From positions 372,001 through 436,000 of the forward strand of contig CDLV01000017.1 in NCBI GenBank assembly GCA_001244265.2: a stretch of DNA of 64,000 bases. The letters are read 5' to 3'. The DNA is from Microbotryum violaceum (Eukaryota). The number at the start of each line of letters is the position of its first letter. Position 1 is the first letter of the stretch. Shown one piece after another: positions 50,703 through 62,044 of this stretch. Under the pieces are notes generated by a model that saw nothing but the letters and a program-made list of their open reading frames with translations, searched no databases and was not told the origin of the DNA. The translations under genes and the position numbers were made by a program.

Positions 50703-50997
50703 CTATTGGGTGGGATCGTTCAGTGGGTAGGATTTGAGGGACTCGTTTGTACCACCAAGGTGTTTATGAAGTTGAGTTTATGTGATCACTTCAACAAGCA
50801 CATTATATGCTAAACAACATCAGAGAGAGATTCGTCCACACACAACAAGATCGATTAAGATGAGGATAATGCCACAGCCACATGCGAAGAAAGAAAATAG
50901 CGTCGCTCCCGCCGAGTACCTAGCAAACATGTCGCTTTTGAAGGCCAATCCCAGGGTCTATTTATCCACCCTCTCTAATTGCTCTAATGCACCTCTT

Positions 50998-52896
50998 TTA
51001 TGTTATCACCCCCGCCCACTCCAGCCTCACCTGTTGTCCAGGGAGGGCCGAATGCGCAGTCGACCTCGTCGTCGTGGTCTTCAACCCCGCGAAAGTATCC
51101 TTCTTGGAATTTTTGGGCAGACGTGACGCAAGTCCCAGTTCGTAGAATAGAGGTTCCCGTTCGCAGTGCCAGAAATTCACCCCTGTGATCATTCAGAAAG
51201 GTGTGCAGATCAACACCAATTCACCGACCTTGGAACCTAGAAGGAAGGGTCGAGGGTATAGAAAACTGACCATTCCCATCCCTCACATTCTGAGCGGCCA
51301 AACCCTTCTCCAGTTCCTCGTTTCCATTGTCACTTGTACTCCTAACTTTTTCAGGATGAAAGTTGACACCTCCTTCGCGGGCGACGGGTCGACGAGAAGG
51401 ACGCGTATTGCGGCCCCCTTGTTCGTGATCTTCTTCGGAGGATCCGTCGCCGATGGGTCGGTGCGGTTTCTTTTCTTTGTAGAGGAGGTCATAGGTTACC
51501 TGAAAGAAAACTAACTGCATTAGTTTCGTAGAGCGCGGGAAAAAATGAAGTTCAGGTCTCAATGGGGAACTCGCCCTTTCATGAGGTGCGAGGAAGCGGA
51601 AGAAGCCGCCGGTTTGGCGAATCGCGGTATGGTGTACAAAGACTGGGCCAAGCGAGGTGTAGCATCCAGGTCAGTGACTCGTGAAGTCTCATGAATTTGA
51701 AAGAATTTGGTTATGCGACTCACCATCCCTTCCATCGAGCTCGTAGGCGTGGTCATCGACCAAATACCCCCAGCCTTCTGCGAACATCAGCCCAAAATCA
51801 ATCGTCAGCAAATCGAGAACCGCAGCATACATCTCTCGACCACAGAGGTTCAGAAAGTGCACTCACTCATATTCCAAAATTTGACCTTCCCCGAACGTTC
51901 GTAAAACACCTCCCCACCTTCCAATCGCCGCAGGACCGACGGCCCCATCCTCCCTCTGACGGCGCACTGCCCATCTTGAATAGGGGGTCCATGACTAGAA
52001 CCGACGCCCATCGGAGGAGAGTGGAAAGGAGGATAAGGGCTGGGTGACATACAGCGGTAAGGCCGTGGGATAAACTCCATGGGTGCTGGAGTACTTTGAT
52101 AGTTCGGGGAAGGGTGGTACACGGATTGAGGGGGGAAATCGAAGAAGGGGGATGGTGGAGGCGCACTGAGGTGGAGAGCGCCCGTTTCGGCTTGGCCTTG
52201 GATGGGGAGCCAGCCACTGGTGTCTTGCATGGCAATGCCTGGGGAGGACTGAGGCGAGGGGTAGGCTTGTTGGGGTACTCCGCCGTGGAGTATGATCATG
52301 GTGGGCGAGTGGGACGAGTTGTCCACGTTGGCAATGGCCACACCAGGGTGATGATCGGATGCAGTGGTGGAGGCGTAACGGTGATGAAGCGAGGCGATCG
52401 AGCCATTCGGAGACGAGCGGTAAGGCCCCGCCATCGGCGGTGTAATGTGAGAATGGTAGTGATGGGATGGATCGTACGCAACATGGTATTGGTGGGAGGA
52501 GTAGTCCTGCTCGAGAGGGTACTCGTGAACGGGGTAATGCGGGTGCCCCGTGGCGACGATGGATGAAGGAATGGGGTGAACCGGCGCCCCGGTCGGGTTG
52601 ATGCGAAAGCTAAACAAATCCTCCAAATTGGACCGCTGCAAACCGCTCGCGGAGATGGACTCCTCCATCTCCACTGCTGTAGACGGTGAAGGGAGCAGAC
52701 CCTGTTCGATCTTGCGTGGGGTAGTGGAAGAACGCGCTCGACGTCGACCACCCAAGGTGACCGTTAACGACGGGGGATCCGAAGTGGGGGATGGCGTTTT
52801 GACTTGAGGTGGGGGAAGCAGCACCTCACGACGTCGTGCACCAGCGGGAGAGGACCGAGGTCTGTGCGAGAGAGGCGTTGGAAAGAGAGGATACAT
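50998..52896 (-). CDS. Second cold-shock-domain protein (CSD-2) with long Pro/His-rich N-terminus; start uncertain
   Basis: Spliced: RSGKVKFWNMK|GWGYLVDDHAYELDGRD|VFVHHTAIRQTGGFFRFLAPHER|VTYDL...KGLAAQNVRDGNG; exons ...-51867, 51777-51724, 51642-51575, 51499-~51271, last exon to TAA at 50998. Confidence 0.85.
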
Positions 52897-54229
52897 ACGA
52901 AGATTCAGCTTCGAGGGTCGCAGGGTGCCATGGGAGCCGTGCTTGAGGTGCGGTGCAGCACGATCTCAAAGGTTCGAGGTGAACGAGAGCGACAAAGAGC
53001 GCTAGCGATGACGCCGTGCTGGGGAAGGTAGTAGTACAAGCCATGACGGAACGCACTAACCTCTGTATCGTATCCGCTTTCAGTACATGTAAATCCGTCA
53101 TGATGAACATGGTAGTCACACTTCAGCGAGGAGAGGAGTTATCAGAGCTGAGAGATGCTGGGGGACGGCAGAGGGTACTAGCTCAAGAAAGTGCTCGAGC
53201 TAGTCGCTTTCCGAATCGATGACTCGCCTTCTGAGCGGGGCTGAGGCATGCGCCCCAAGACTCAACGTTCCGTCTATCGCTATCCGCAGTCCAGTACGGT
53301 GATCACTAAACTCTATTCTACCCAAACCATGAGAAAACAAAGAACATACTCCAGTCCAAGCCGCTATGCAACGCGGCCTGAACGTGCACGTGCAGAGAGA
53401 GAAAAAGCAAAGACAGCAAGACGCGCACATCAACCTTTCCTCCCCCATCCTCATCTGACCTGATGAAGGTGGAGATGATTCGAGGTCGAAGCGAGAGTGA
53501 AGGCGAGGATCGGAGGTGGAGTTGAGGTCGGTGATAGAGGTGGGGACGGTGTAGTGTGGTGTCAAGGTGGCGTGAAATGAAGGTGGTGATGGAGATGGGA
53601 AGCTGGAGGAAGATGAACGGCGGGGCAAAGATGAAGGCGAAAGCAAGATCAGCCAAAGGCCGTCGTCGTACGAGGTGGGGTGTGGCCGATGATGGCAGAG
53701 GCGGTGGCGGTAGCGGTACCTACTCGCAGGTGGCCATAAAGGGACTGACCGGATACAGTCAAAAAAGCAAACATACTTTTTGGCCTTGCAAGACGACCTG
53801 GACTGCCTGGATCCTCTCCACGCTCAAGCGCAAGCGATTAGGAGGTTGGTGATGTTCCGAGTCAGGGGACAGCAATTCTGCTCGGGGGGTACTCGGACGA
53901 ATGGGAGGGGTGAACTCATGATGGCTGAAGGTACACACCTGCCGACTCCCACCACCTACCACCTCGGTCCTGCGTCAGTTCGTTAGTCGTTACGGCCCAG
54001 TGGTGGGGGAGCCATGTGAGGGTTACGCAGCAACGAAGAAGAAGCAAGGGGAGAGAGAAAAGGAGGTGAGGGGCGCCGCAATCATATAGGCGCTGAGGTT
54101 GGGCTTGACGCCGGTAAAGCAAGTCGAGTCGAGCTCGCCTGAATGATGCCAATGACGCTAGCCCGCGCCGCTGCCGCTCGGCATCGCAGCTCCCCTGGCG
54201 CTGCGGTCTTCCGAAAGGAGACCCCTCGG

Positions 54230-56660
54230 TCACCGTGGTCACCAAGGTCAGCTCCAACATCTGACCTTTCTGGTGGCAAATTCTCGCTCGTGCGACAATC
54301 ACTGACGATCTACAATCCGTTGCTCAACGTGCAGTACTCCTCATTGACGTGTCGACGACTGAGCGCAGTATCTGGACCACCACTCGGGGCAACAAAGGAA
54401 CCGTCGAGCACGGACGCGCTTTCGTCAAGAGGGTAGCCGCGAAGTACCATCGACAAGCTCAAGCGCACGGCGGCAGCACCCATGTGTTTGCCATTGTCGA
54501 CAACGAGCTTTGGCGACCAGAGCTCAAGCGGGAAACGGTCAAGAGGCGCAAGGAGAAGGCGGGCGATAGCGGCATGAACGTCCGCGTTCGCCTCGATTCC
54601 TTCACCACCGAGCCGACGTTCATCTCGACGGCGTCGCTCAAGATCCAGTGTGACACCTTCCCTGCCCCTACCTCGTCACCCGTGGATCTAGAGAAAGCCG
54701 ATGGCATTATTTTCTGATCGTTGACGCCTCTCGTAACGTTTGTCATGGCAAAGTCCGAGGCGGACACCCTGGCGTTTCTCGTCTGTCGTCAAGGGTTCCT
54801 GTTACACGTGCCCCTCGATCCTTGGTCGAGTCTTCTCTACTCGAGGGATTCTGACTGGATTTTGAACCCGCCCGAGTTCTGCCATCGTCGCATCCTCGTC
54901 GACATGTCGATTCCTGACTCGACCCAAAACCCGGCCAACAAGCTCAAGATAGCTCCTCGACGGGCCTCGGCGCGGTCACAATGCTCGTTGCTCTGCCTCA
55001 TTGATACCATGGTGCTCGGATGGGACGGCGAAAACTTATCATCGCCGGGATCCTTGCGGGTGGAGATTACATCCCCGGCGGTCTGCCCTCCGTCGCGTTC
55101 AATAAAGCGTTCGATACGTACAAAGAATGCCTCTCACGTAAATTTTGGGAGGGACAAGAACTTGGCGTCGTCCTCGGGCGCTTCCGAGCCATCAAGAAAG
55201 TCGAAAAATTGAGCGATACGTTCGTCAAAGCGATCGAAGAACTTTGAAACAACATGCCGGCGATCTTTGTGCTACTGGAGAAGGACGAAGGCGAACGGTT
55301 CAACAAGTTCGACTGCGCTGGCGACCAAGCATCTCCCTCGGACCATTCCGTCCCAATCAAGTTCCCCCCAAAATTACGTCGCTTTACGAGAGGAAATCGC
55401 CAGGAGAGCAAATATTACCCAAGGGCACCCAGGTCGCTCCAGCTCCTCGATCCCAAACCCTGTTCGAGGTGCCACCGGATGCTTCGGCGCCGCCGAGCGA
55501 GTGGTTCTTTGGCAACTCGGTCTATCAATCTGCTCGAGCTCAGAACGCCAAGACTCCGGCCCGACAGCTCCTTTGTCAACCGAGGGAGAGCATCGCGTCG
55601 CTCAAGTCGACCAAGGATGCCATTGTGGGCCCAGGGAAGCGCCCATACGAAAAGCGCTTCGATCGACTTGTCAAGCTTTGGCGCAAGGAGAGTCGCCGAG
55701 TCGCCCGAGCCCCTGCGAGTGTTCAAAGCGCCGTTCTGGGCTTCCCCTTGTGGGAGTCGTTCGACTGGAACAAGCCTCCAAGCCTCCAGAAAGGGGTCAT
55801 CCCCTGCAGAAGAAGCCTGGACCCGAGCCGACCCGAGCCGCCGCACCCCCGGTCGAGCCGACTCACACTGCCACGAGCACGCAAGCCAAGCCTGCTCAAG
55901 CCAAGAAGTCGTCGACGTCAAAGCTCACACTAGCGGGTAAGGAGTACTCCCGGCGGACGCGTCGTTGCGACTTTACCAAGAGTTTGCGCGAGCAGCTCCC
56001 TCCCTCGCCAGATGGCAAGAGGAAGCATAGGTACGCCGAATTCTTCTCCGACCTGATGCGCGTCCAAGTCGTCATCCGGTCCATCGAGGCGAAGGTGTAT
56101 CAGCCTTGCGTCCTCAATTTGTCATTGGCTTCAATACCGGAAGGCATGATGTGGGGTGGGAATTATGACGCCGAGCGGTTTGCAGGTGCCATTACCAACC
56201 GTACCGCCACACTGAGCGGGTCCTACCAGCCAAGGGCGTCGTCCTCCTGCCGGGGCTGCTTGCTTACCCGGTGCGCTGATAGTAGGGTGTCCCATCATCC
56301 ACTCCACGCTGCCATTAACTCGAGTGACCCCAACAAGTCTGCTTGCTGCCTTCGGTAGTAGAAGATGTCATCAGATATCAGGCACCTACCTAGGCAGGTT
56401 GATCCTCACCGGTCGCCAGCCATTGGTCCAACGAGTACAAAGTCGTGAGTTTGCGAGTTGCGCAGCACGCTGTCTCTGACAGCGGAGCCTCACTGGTGTC
56501 CGAAGATGACAGGTGCAAGTTATATGGATTACAACTAGCTTCTGGTGTCAGCTCGATAAGATACGATAGTGCTGAGATAGGGAACATCAGTACTCACCTA
56601 GCTTCTGGTGTCAGCTCGATGAAGAGAGAGCTGAAGAAGCTAGGCGCGCGCAATCTCTAT
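54230..56660 (+). pseudogene. Decayed XPG/FEN1-like (PIN + H3TH) nuclease coding region with long downstream extension
   Basis: In order: LLIDVS (D 54346), FAIVD...RPELKRETVKRR (D 54499), KSEADTLA (54757-54765), YSRDSD (54838-54855), ILAGGDYIPGGLPSVAFNKA (D 55065). In-frame TGA at 54262, 54715 and 55245, plus frameshifts. Confidence 0.8.
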
Positions 56661-56664
56661 TTCT

Positions 56665-57290
56665 AATGCCTGTGGCCCGTCGTAAGGCCTTGCCTTACAC
56701 TCTCCCCTCCTTGACACAAGGCTCCCCTCTGAAAAAAAATATGTCTCATTCCTCGTTCCGATTTTCCCAGCTGTCCAATGCCTCCGTGGCCTCCAGTGCC
56801 TCGGCAGGCTCCCATGAATCGCTTTCCGACGGCCATGAAACCCACAAGACCATATATTGAGTTTTCCCCGCTCGGATCCTTTCATCGACGATGTCCTCGA
56901 TGACCCACTCGGGTTCTCCACCTACGTCCACCGGTCCCGGGCGCGCGGGTTTTCGGCTTGGGAACAATTCCGAAAATATGAGCGGTAGGCCGTGAGCTTG
57001 CCCGTTTGGAAGAACGGAACTGCTGAATCGTCCTTGTTGAATTGCAAGGTGTACGTGGAGATCCCTGTCTGCGCCGCAACAATGCGACAAGGGCCGTCGA
57101 AACGGTCCATGAGCTTGGCTGCGCGGCGCTTGCGGGTGTGAAGTCGCTTCCTACGGTCACTTGAGTCAAGCAGGACAAGGTCCCCGACGGCCCATGACGG
57201 TTCATCTGCGCGGTCCTTGTTGGCTTGGGCGGCTTGACGAACTTTGGACACAGCGAGTTGGGCCGGTGCGCCGCCGCGGGCAGCTACGAG
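56665..57290 (-). mobile_element. Ty3/Gypsy chromovirus fragment: integrase C-terminal GPY/F region, chromodomain, PPT and start of 3' LTR
   Basis: ANKDR...WAVGDLVLL...KLMDRFDGPCRIV; chromodomain EWVIEDIVDER...QYMVLWVSWPSESDSWEP; purine tract AAGGAGGGGAGAG followed by TGTAAGG starting at 56699. Confidence 0.9.
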
Positions 57291-57844
57291 TGACGACGAG
57301 TCCATGTGGGAGCTGTGTATGGATGTGCACTCGGTTGTAAAGGCAAGCATCAATGAGAGGACAAACCCCCTCTTCCTAATCCATGCCATACCGGTGCGTG
57401 CACCCCTGTGCACCGTTTTGTACGAGCCCGTCGCTACCGCCCGATGCGGCGGCCACCACGATCCACAGGGGTCAGCAGTGGTCCGCAGGCCCAAGTCGAT
57501 CTTCGGCATTGGTGCATTGGGGTGCAAGGGGGTGCATCGAGGTGCACCTATATGCATTTTGATCTCAAAAGTTTGGTGTATCAGTTTATGTGAGATTCAG
57601 ATCCCTGCACATGCTTGCATCCATGTACACAGCGGGGCGCGGTGGGACGGCGGTCTCCTGGCACGGCTAAAACGCTGCGAAGTGCAAGCGCACCGGTCCA
57701 CCAACTGTCAGAGTGTATATTGCTGTTTCATCCCACTTCTATTACCGATCACGATGAGTTACTAGTTGTTGATATTAGTCGCCTCGCGCGGCTATTGCTT
57801 GCCTCGCGCGCTCCTACTCTGCGCTTCTCTTCTTTCTCCAACTG

Positions 57845-57964
57845 TCTTTACTATCATCCTCGGCTCTCGTACTAAACGTATCTTGTGCCTCGGATTTAGG
57901 GTAGTTACTTTGAAATACCGAACGGTCTTTACTATCATCCTCGGCTCTCGTACTAAACGTATCT
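57845..57964. repeat. 40-bp direct repeat x2 (GTCTTTACTATCATCCTCGGCTCTCGTACTAAACGTATCT), possibly within an LTR fragment starting TGTTGATATTAG near 57767
   Basis: Copies at ~57845 and ~57925 read directly; the LTR interpretation is weak. Confidence 0.75.
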
Positions 57965-58389
57965 CGTGCGACGGCCAAGCTGAGGCTCGAACTCGACCAC
58001 GCGCTTGCATTCACATGCACGGATGCGGTATTGCTATGAACGAACGATTGCTGAGGCTTATCGTGTACACCTAATCAATACATGTGCTCTCCGAGTAGTG
58101 GGTCGCAGTGCACCCATTTTCAAGAATGCTCCGGCGCCGGCCAGCAAGCGTAACGCCGGTGATGAGTCACCGCGACGCACCAGAATCGGCGTGCATCGGT
58201 GTGCATTGGAGTGCACACATCGGAAATTGGATCTGTACGGTTTCATCTTCGATTTTCAGGCAGCTGCACTGATGTGCACACGACTGCACGCTCATGCACA
58301 TGCCTCCGACTCGGATGAGCCCGTATACCAAGTCCCTGGCTGGCTCGCCTCGGTCCGCACCGGCGCGGCATTGATTCAGTGGATGTCGA

Positions 58390-58750
58390 CGTGCACGGGT
58401 GTGCATCAGTGTGCATGGGCGTGCACCGACCTTCTTTTGGGCCAAAAGTTCTTGTGGATCGACTTGCAAGCGTATGCAAGGATCTACGCGTCTGTGCACG
58501 GATATGCATACCAGCCCGGGCCCGGCCCTGGGGAAGAAGTGGAATGGCTAGTGTGCGTGTGGGTGCACGGGCCTGCATCAGTGTGTATGGGCGTGCACCG
58601 ACCTTCTTTGGGGTCAAAAGTTCCTGTAGACCAACTTGCAAGCGTATGCAAGGATCTACGCGTCTGTGCACGGACATGCATACCAGCCCCTGGGGCAGAA
58701 GTGAAATGGCTAGTGTGCGTGTGGGTGCACGGGCCTGCATCAGTGTGCGT
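58390..58750. repeat. Tandem ~160-175-bp repeat (two copies plus a partial) in a TGCA/GTGCAC-rich non-coding element (~57300-58800)
   Basis: TGCATCAGTGTG...GCGTGCACCGACCTTCTTT...CAAGCGTATGCAAGGATCTACGCGTCTGTGCACGGA...GCTAGTGTGCGTGTGGGTGCACGGGCC is repeated. Confidence 0.9.
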
Positions 58751-59049
58751 GGTCGACGTGCACTTGCATTATAGCGGCAGAGCAAGGTCCTGGGAATCCA
58801 CTGGATCATGTGCAAGAGATCTGACCCATGGGGTTAGTAAGTTTTTGATGACTGCAACTCCACAAGTTCTTTCACGATGGATTTCGACTTGGAGCAAACA
58901 TGGATTCCATTCTCTTGGGCAGAGCATGTATGGCACGACCAAATTTAGATATACTACAGAATTCAAAAAAATGATCTATCGAATTCGAGCCCTCTCACTC
59001 CTCCTTGCTCTTCTGCTTGCTCCTACCCTTGCCTCTCACCCAACCCGGT

Positions 59050-60664
59050 TGCAAGGGGTCGGCGGTGCCGCGATCGAACGAAGCAGGGGGGCCGAGTCGA
59101 AGCGCCATGTCTCACTCGGCCCAACCCGAACAGCAAACCGACTCGGACTGGATGCCCTACTCTCGCCCCTCGAAGACGGAAAGCACCACGGAGAGGATCC
59201 TCGACGCAGTGGAGTTCCGAAACAAAAATCTCCACCTCAAGTTCCCGTCCGTCGACTGGAGCGAGGCGCGACTCGTCGCCGAAGGTGACCCGGAGTGGAG
59301 CATGGAATACCTCTCCCCCTCCCAGCTCCTGCCCGGCCTCCCTTGTCTGCCTGCGTCGAGCGTGGTGCCGATGACGGCGGAGAAGCGTCAGAAGCACCTT
59401 GATCGTGAGGAAGCGGGTCCTGCGAAGACTCCGGACATCGATCCCCGCCGCAACCGCCACCTCTTCGTCGACTCGGGGGGCAGCAAGAGGATCCGAGCCG
59501 GCATTGTGTATGTACAAGAGCTGCCTCAGGCATACCTCAAGTTCTCAGATCACGACGGTGAGGGCCGCTTCTACACAAAATCTGTGAGGATCGAGTCGCG
59601 AATGACGGTGGCGTGCACCGAGGACAAAGCACGAATCGCCACTCGCTCCGACTTCGACCCACCCATCGCTTCAACCTCGGCAACCACCCTCAATAGGGAC
59701 GTCGACATTGTATCTACCCCCACTCGCGCGCCTCCGCAACCTACCCCTTCGCCGGCCGTAGCATCCACCTCGGCGTACACCTCTGATTTTGTCCGAGATA
59801 AGTTCTATTTTTCAGCGTTTTATTTTTCCACTCGATCCTTGGGCTGATCCGACCGTGCGTTTGGCAGAACCCTCCTCCTCGACGAGTCGCCGTTCTGAAC
59901 GTCCGCCTCCCCCTCCGCCTCATTTCACGACTCCGACAATGGCCTCTTTGTCGAAGCGAAAGGCGGCAAAGAGCGTAGCGTCCAGCTCGACGGCCACAGC
60001 CCAGCCCGTGCCGGAAGCATTGTCAAGCCGCAGCTCACAACGCGCACCGCAAGTGGCGTCGTCGAGATTGGGTGTGCACACAGACTTGCAAAGGTGTTGG
60101 CCGTGAATGAGGGGTAGTAAAAATGTTAAGGGCTCACCAGTGCGCCCGGTCAAGTGCTCTTGAGCGAGTGTGATGTCCCTAATAGCTACCGAGTGTGCCA
60201 CCCCGCGGCTCGACCCGCGCACCTCCGAGGAGTAGTCGACTTACCGCCGTCAGCTGACCGTGCACGACGGTGCATCACTGTGCAACCAAATCATCCCAAC
60301 GGCCGAATCATCGAATTCCCCAGAGGAGACATTGTGCGGTTTGACAAGGCTATCAGAACTTTTTTCTTCTTGCGGATCCAAGGGTGAGTGCGCCGGCCCC
60401 ACAACTGGCCCGTCGCCGAAATGGGAGAGGAGGTCTTTCTTTTGTTCGGACTTCGCTTGACCACACCGGGGTCAATGACTTGATGAGTCACGCGGACAGG
60501 GACAAAGCGGGATGCCGAAAAGCGTGATGGATAAGCTCGATGAACATCACATTGAAATAACCGAAGCGATGCGGAATGTTCGGAAGAGTCCCGACAGCTC
60601 GTACGTGGCCGAACCGGGAGAATTCGAGTTGAGCCGACATCCGAGTTGTCAAACTACATTCTAG
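59050..60664 (+). pseudogene. Decayed TnpB/Fanzor-like RuvC-zinc-finger coding region (candidate)
   Basis: HLFVDSGG (D 59470); same frame KVLAVNEG[18-nt insert]LTSA (E 60109); Cys residues including IRTF-fs-SCGSKGEC; HADRDKAG (60489-60512); probable C-terminus to TAG 60662-60664. Confidence 0.55.
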
Positions 60665-62044
60665 CCTGGAAAACCAGGGACATCAGCTGTTCTGGGCAGG
60701 GAGAACAAAGAAAAAAAAAACGAAACTAGCCGACAGTGGAATAGTTACCCGTTGCTTGGCGCGATGTACGTTTGGTGATGCCGCGGAACTCGGGTGCACA
60801 TCACCTAATTGTCCCCAAAGCGGGTCCGTGCGCGCAGACTGAAGATTAGAGCATGACCTCGCTGGCTCGGCCGGACCCCTCTCTCTTTCTCTTTCCTCAT
60901 CGAGCTCGTAGAAAGGCCCACTGCCGCCCACACTTCGCACCCGCCCTCTCCTTCGTGCAATGTCGCTGTCAATAGTCCGAGTATAGAGTGATGGAGTTGG
61001 GTGAGTTGGTTGCTGCCTTGTTGCTGCGTTTGGGTTGGCCCGGTGCGACCTCGTGCGACCGAACCCCCACTTGGCTCAGAGACTCAATCGGCTGACCCTC
61101 GCTCTCCTAACCCACCCCTACCCTTTATTGTCGATGTTGCCCTCGTTTCGATCAGACGCCTGGGGCGACTACAAATCGGCTCCATCCGGTCGCCCGCATC
61201 AACCTTTGTGTCTCACACTTTGTTCCAACATTGCCATCGTCCCCACCCCTCTCGATCATCAGTAAGTCACGCTTTCCTCGCCGTGTCTATCCGACAACCA
61301 GCCCAAGGAGCCTGCTTCAGCAACACGACATCCCGTGAGTCTTCTCACTTAGAACAACGTCTGTGTCATCGTCGTCATTGGCATCGTCGTCGTTGTTGGA
61401 TATCAAGTCACGGGTTGGCAGGTCGCTGGGGATGGAAGGATAAGGACGGCACAACAGCTTAGAGAGCGGATGGTGGGATGCAACACTCCTACGGCTTGGG
61501 TATAAATAGTTTTGTTTGGTCTAGGTAGATTACATCGCCCACACCAGTGCGGGTGGCATTCAAGAAGCTTCCCCGGGCTGCACACTCGGTGCGCCGTCGG
61601 AAGTTGCAATCTACATCAGTAATGTCGTCGCGATAAAATGAAACAGAAAATACAAGTTTTAAGAGCTAAAAAAATACTTTGAATATTAATAAAAGTATCG
61701 CCCTTTTTTCTTCTTGTCTCTTTTGGTAAGGAAAATAAAATAAAGTTAACTTCGCTATCCTACTGCTACGGTGTCGCGCCTTCGCGAGCGCCCTCGCTTG
61801 GCTCCGCTCCTCACCTGCTCCCTTCTACCCGACTCCGCACCCGCCCAACCCCCCCAACTCATCCACTCCCCATCCCACCTTGTCCCCACTTTATAACCGC
61901 TCTTCGTCGCCGCCGCCCTTTTGCCGCCCCTTTCGATCCGCAACCCTCACCTTCCCACCTCCACCCTCGGCTCACCTGACCTCCTTTCCATAGCTCCTTC
62001 CGCCGACAAACCTTTCCACTACCCGCCTCGCCTTTCTTTAAACC

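Noticed and set aside
54230-55250. Host FEN1/EXO1/XPG repair gene
   Set aside because: Motifs are highly diverged, there are stops and frameshifts, no introns are evident, and it is embedded in repeats; a mobile-element nuclease fits better.
58005-59288. 427-aa ORF
   Set aside because: It runs through TGCA-rich tandem repeats, the translation is repetitive and it has no recognisable domain.
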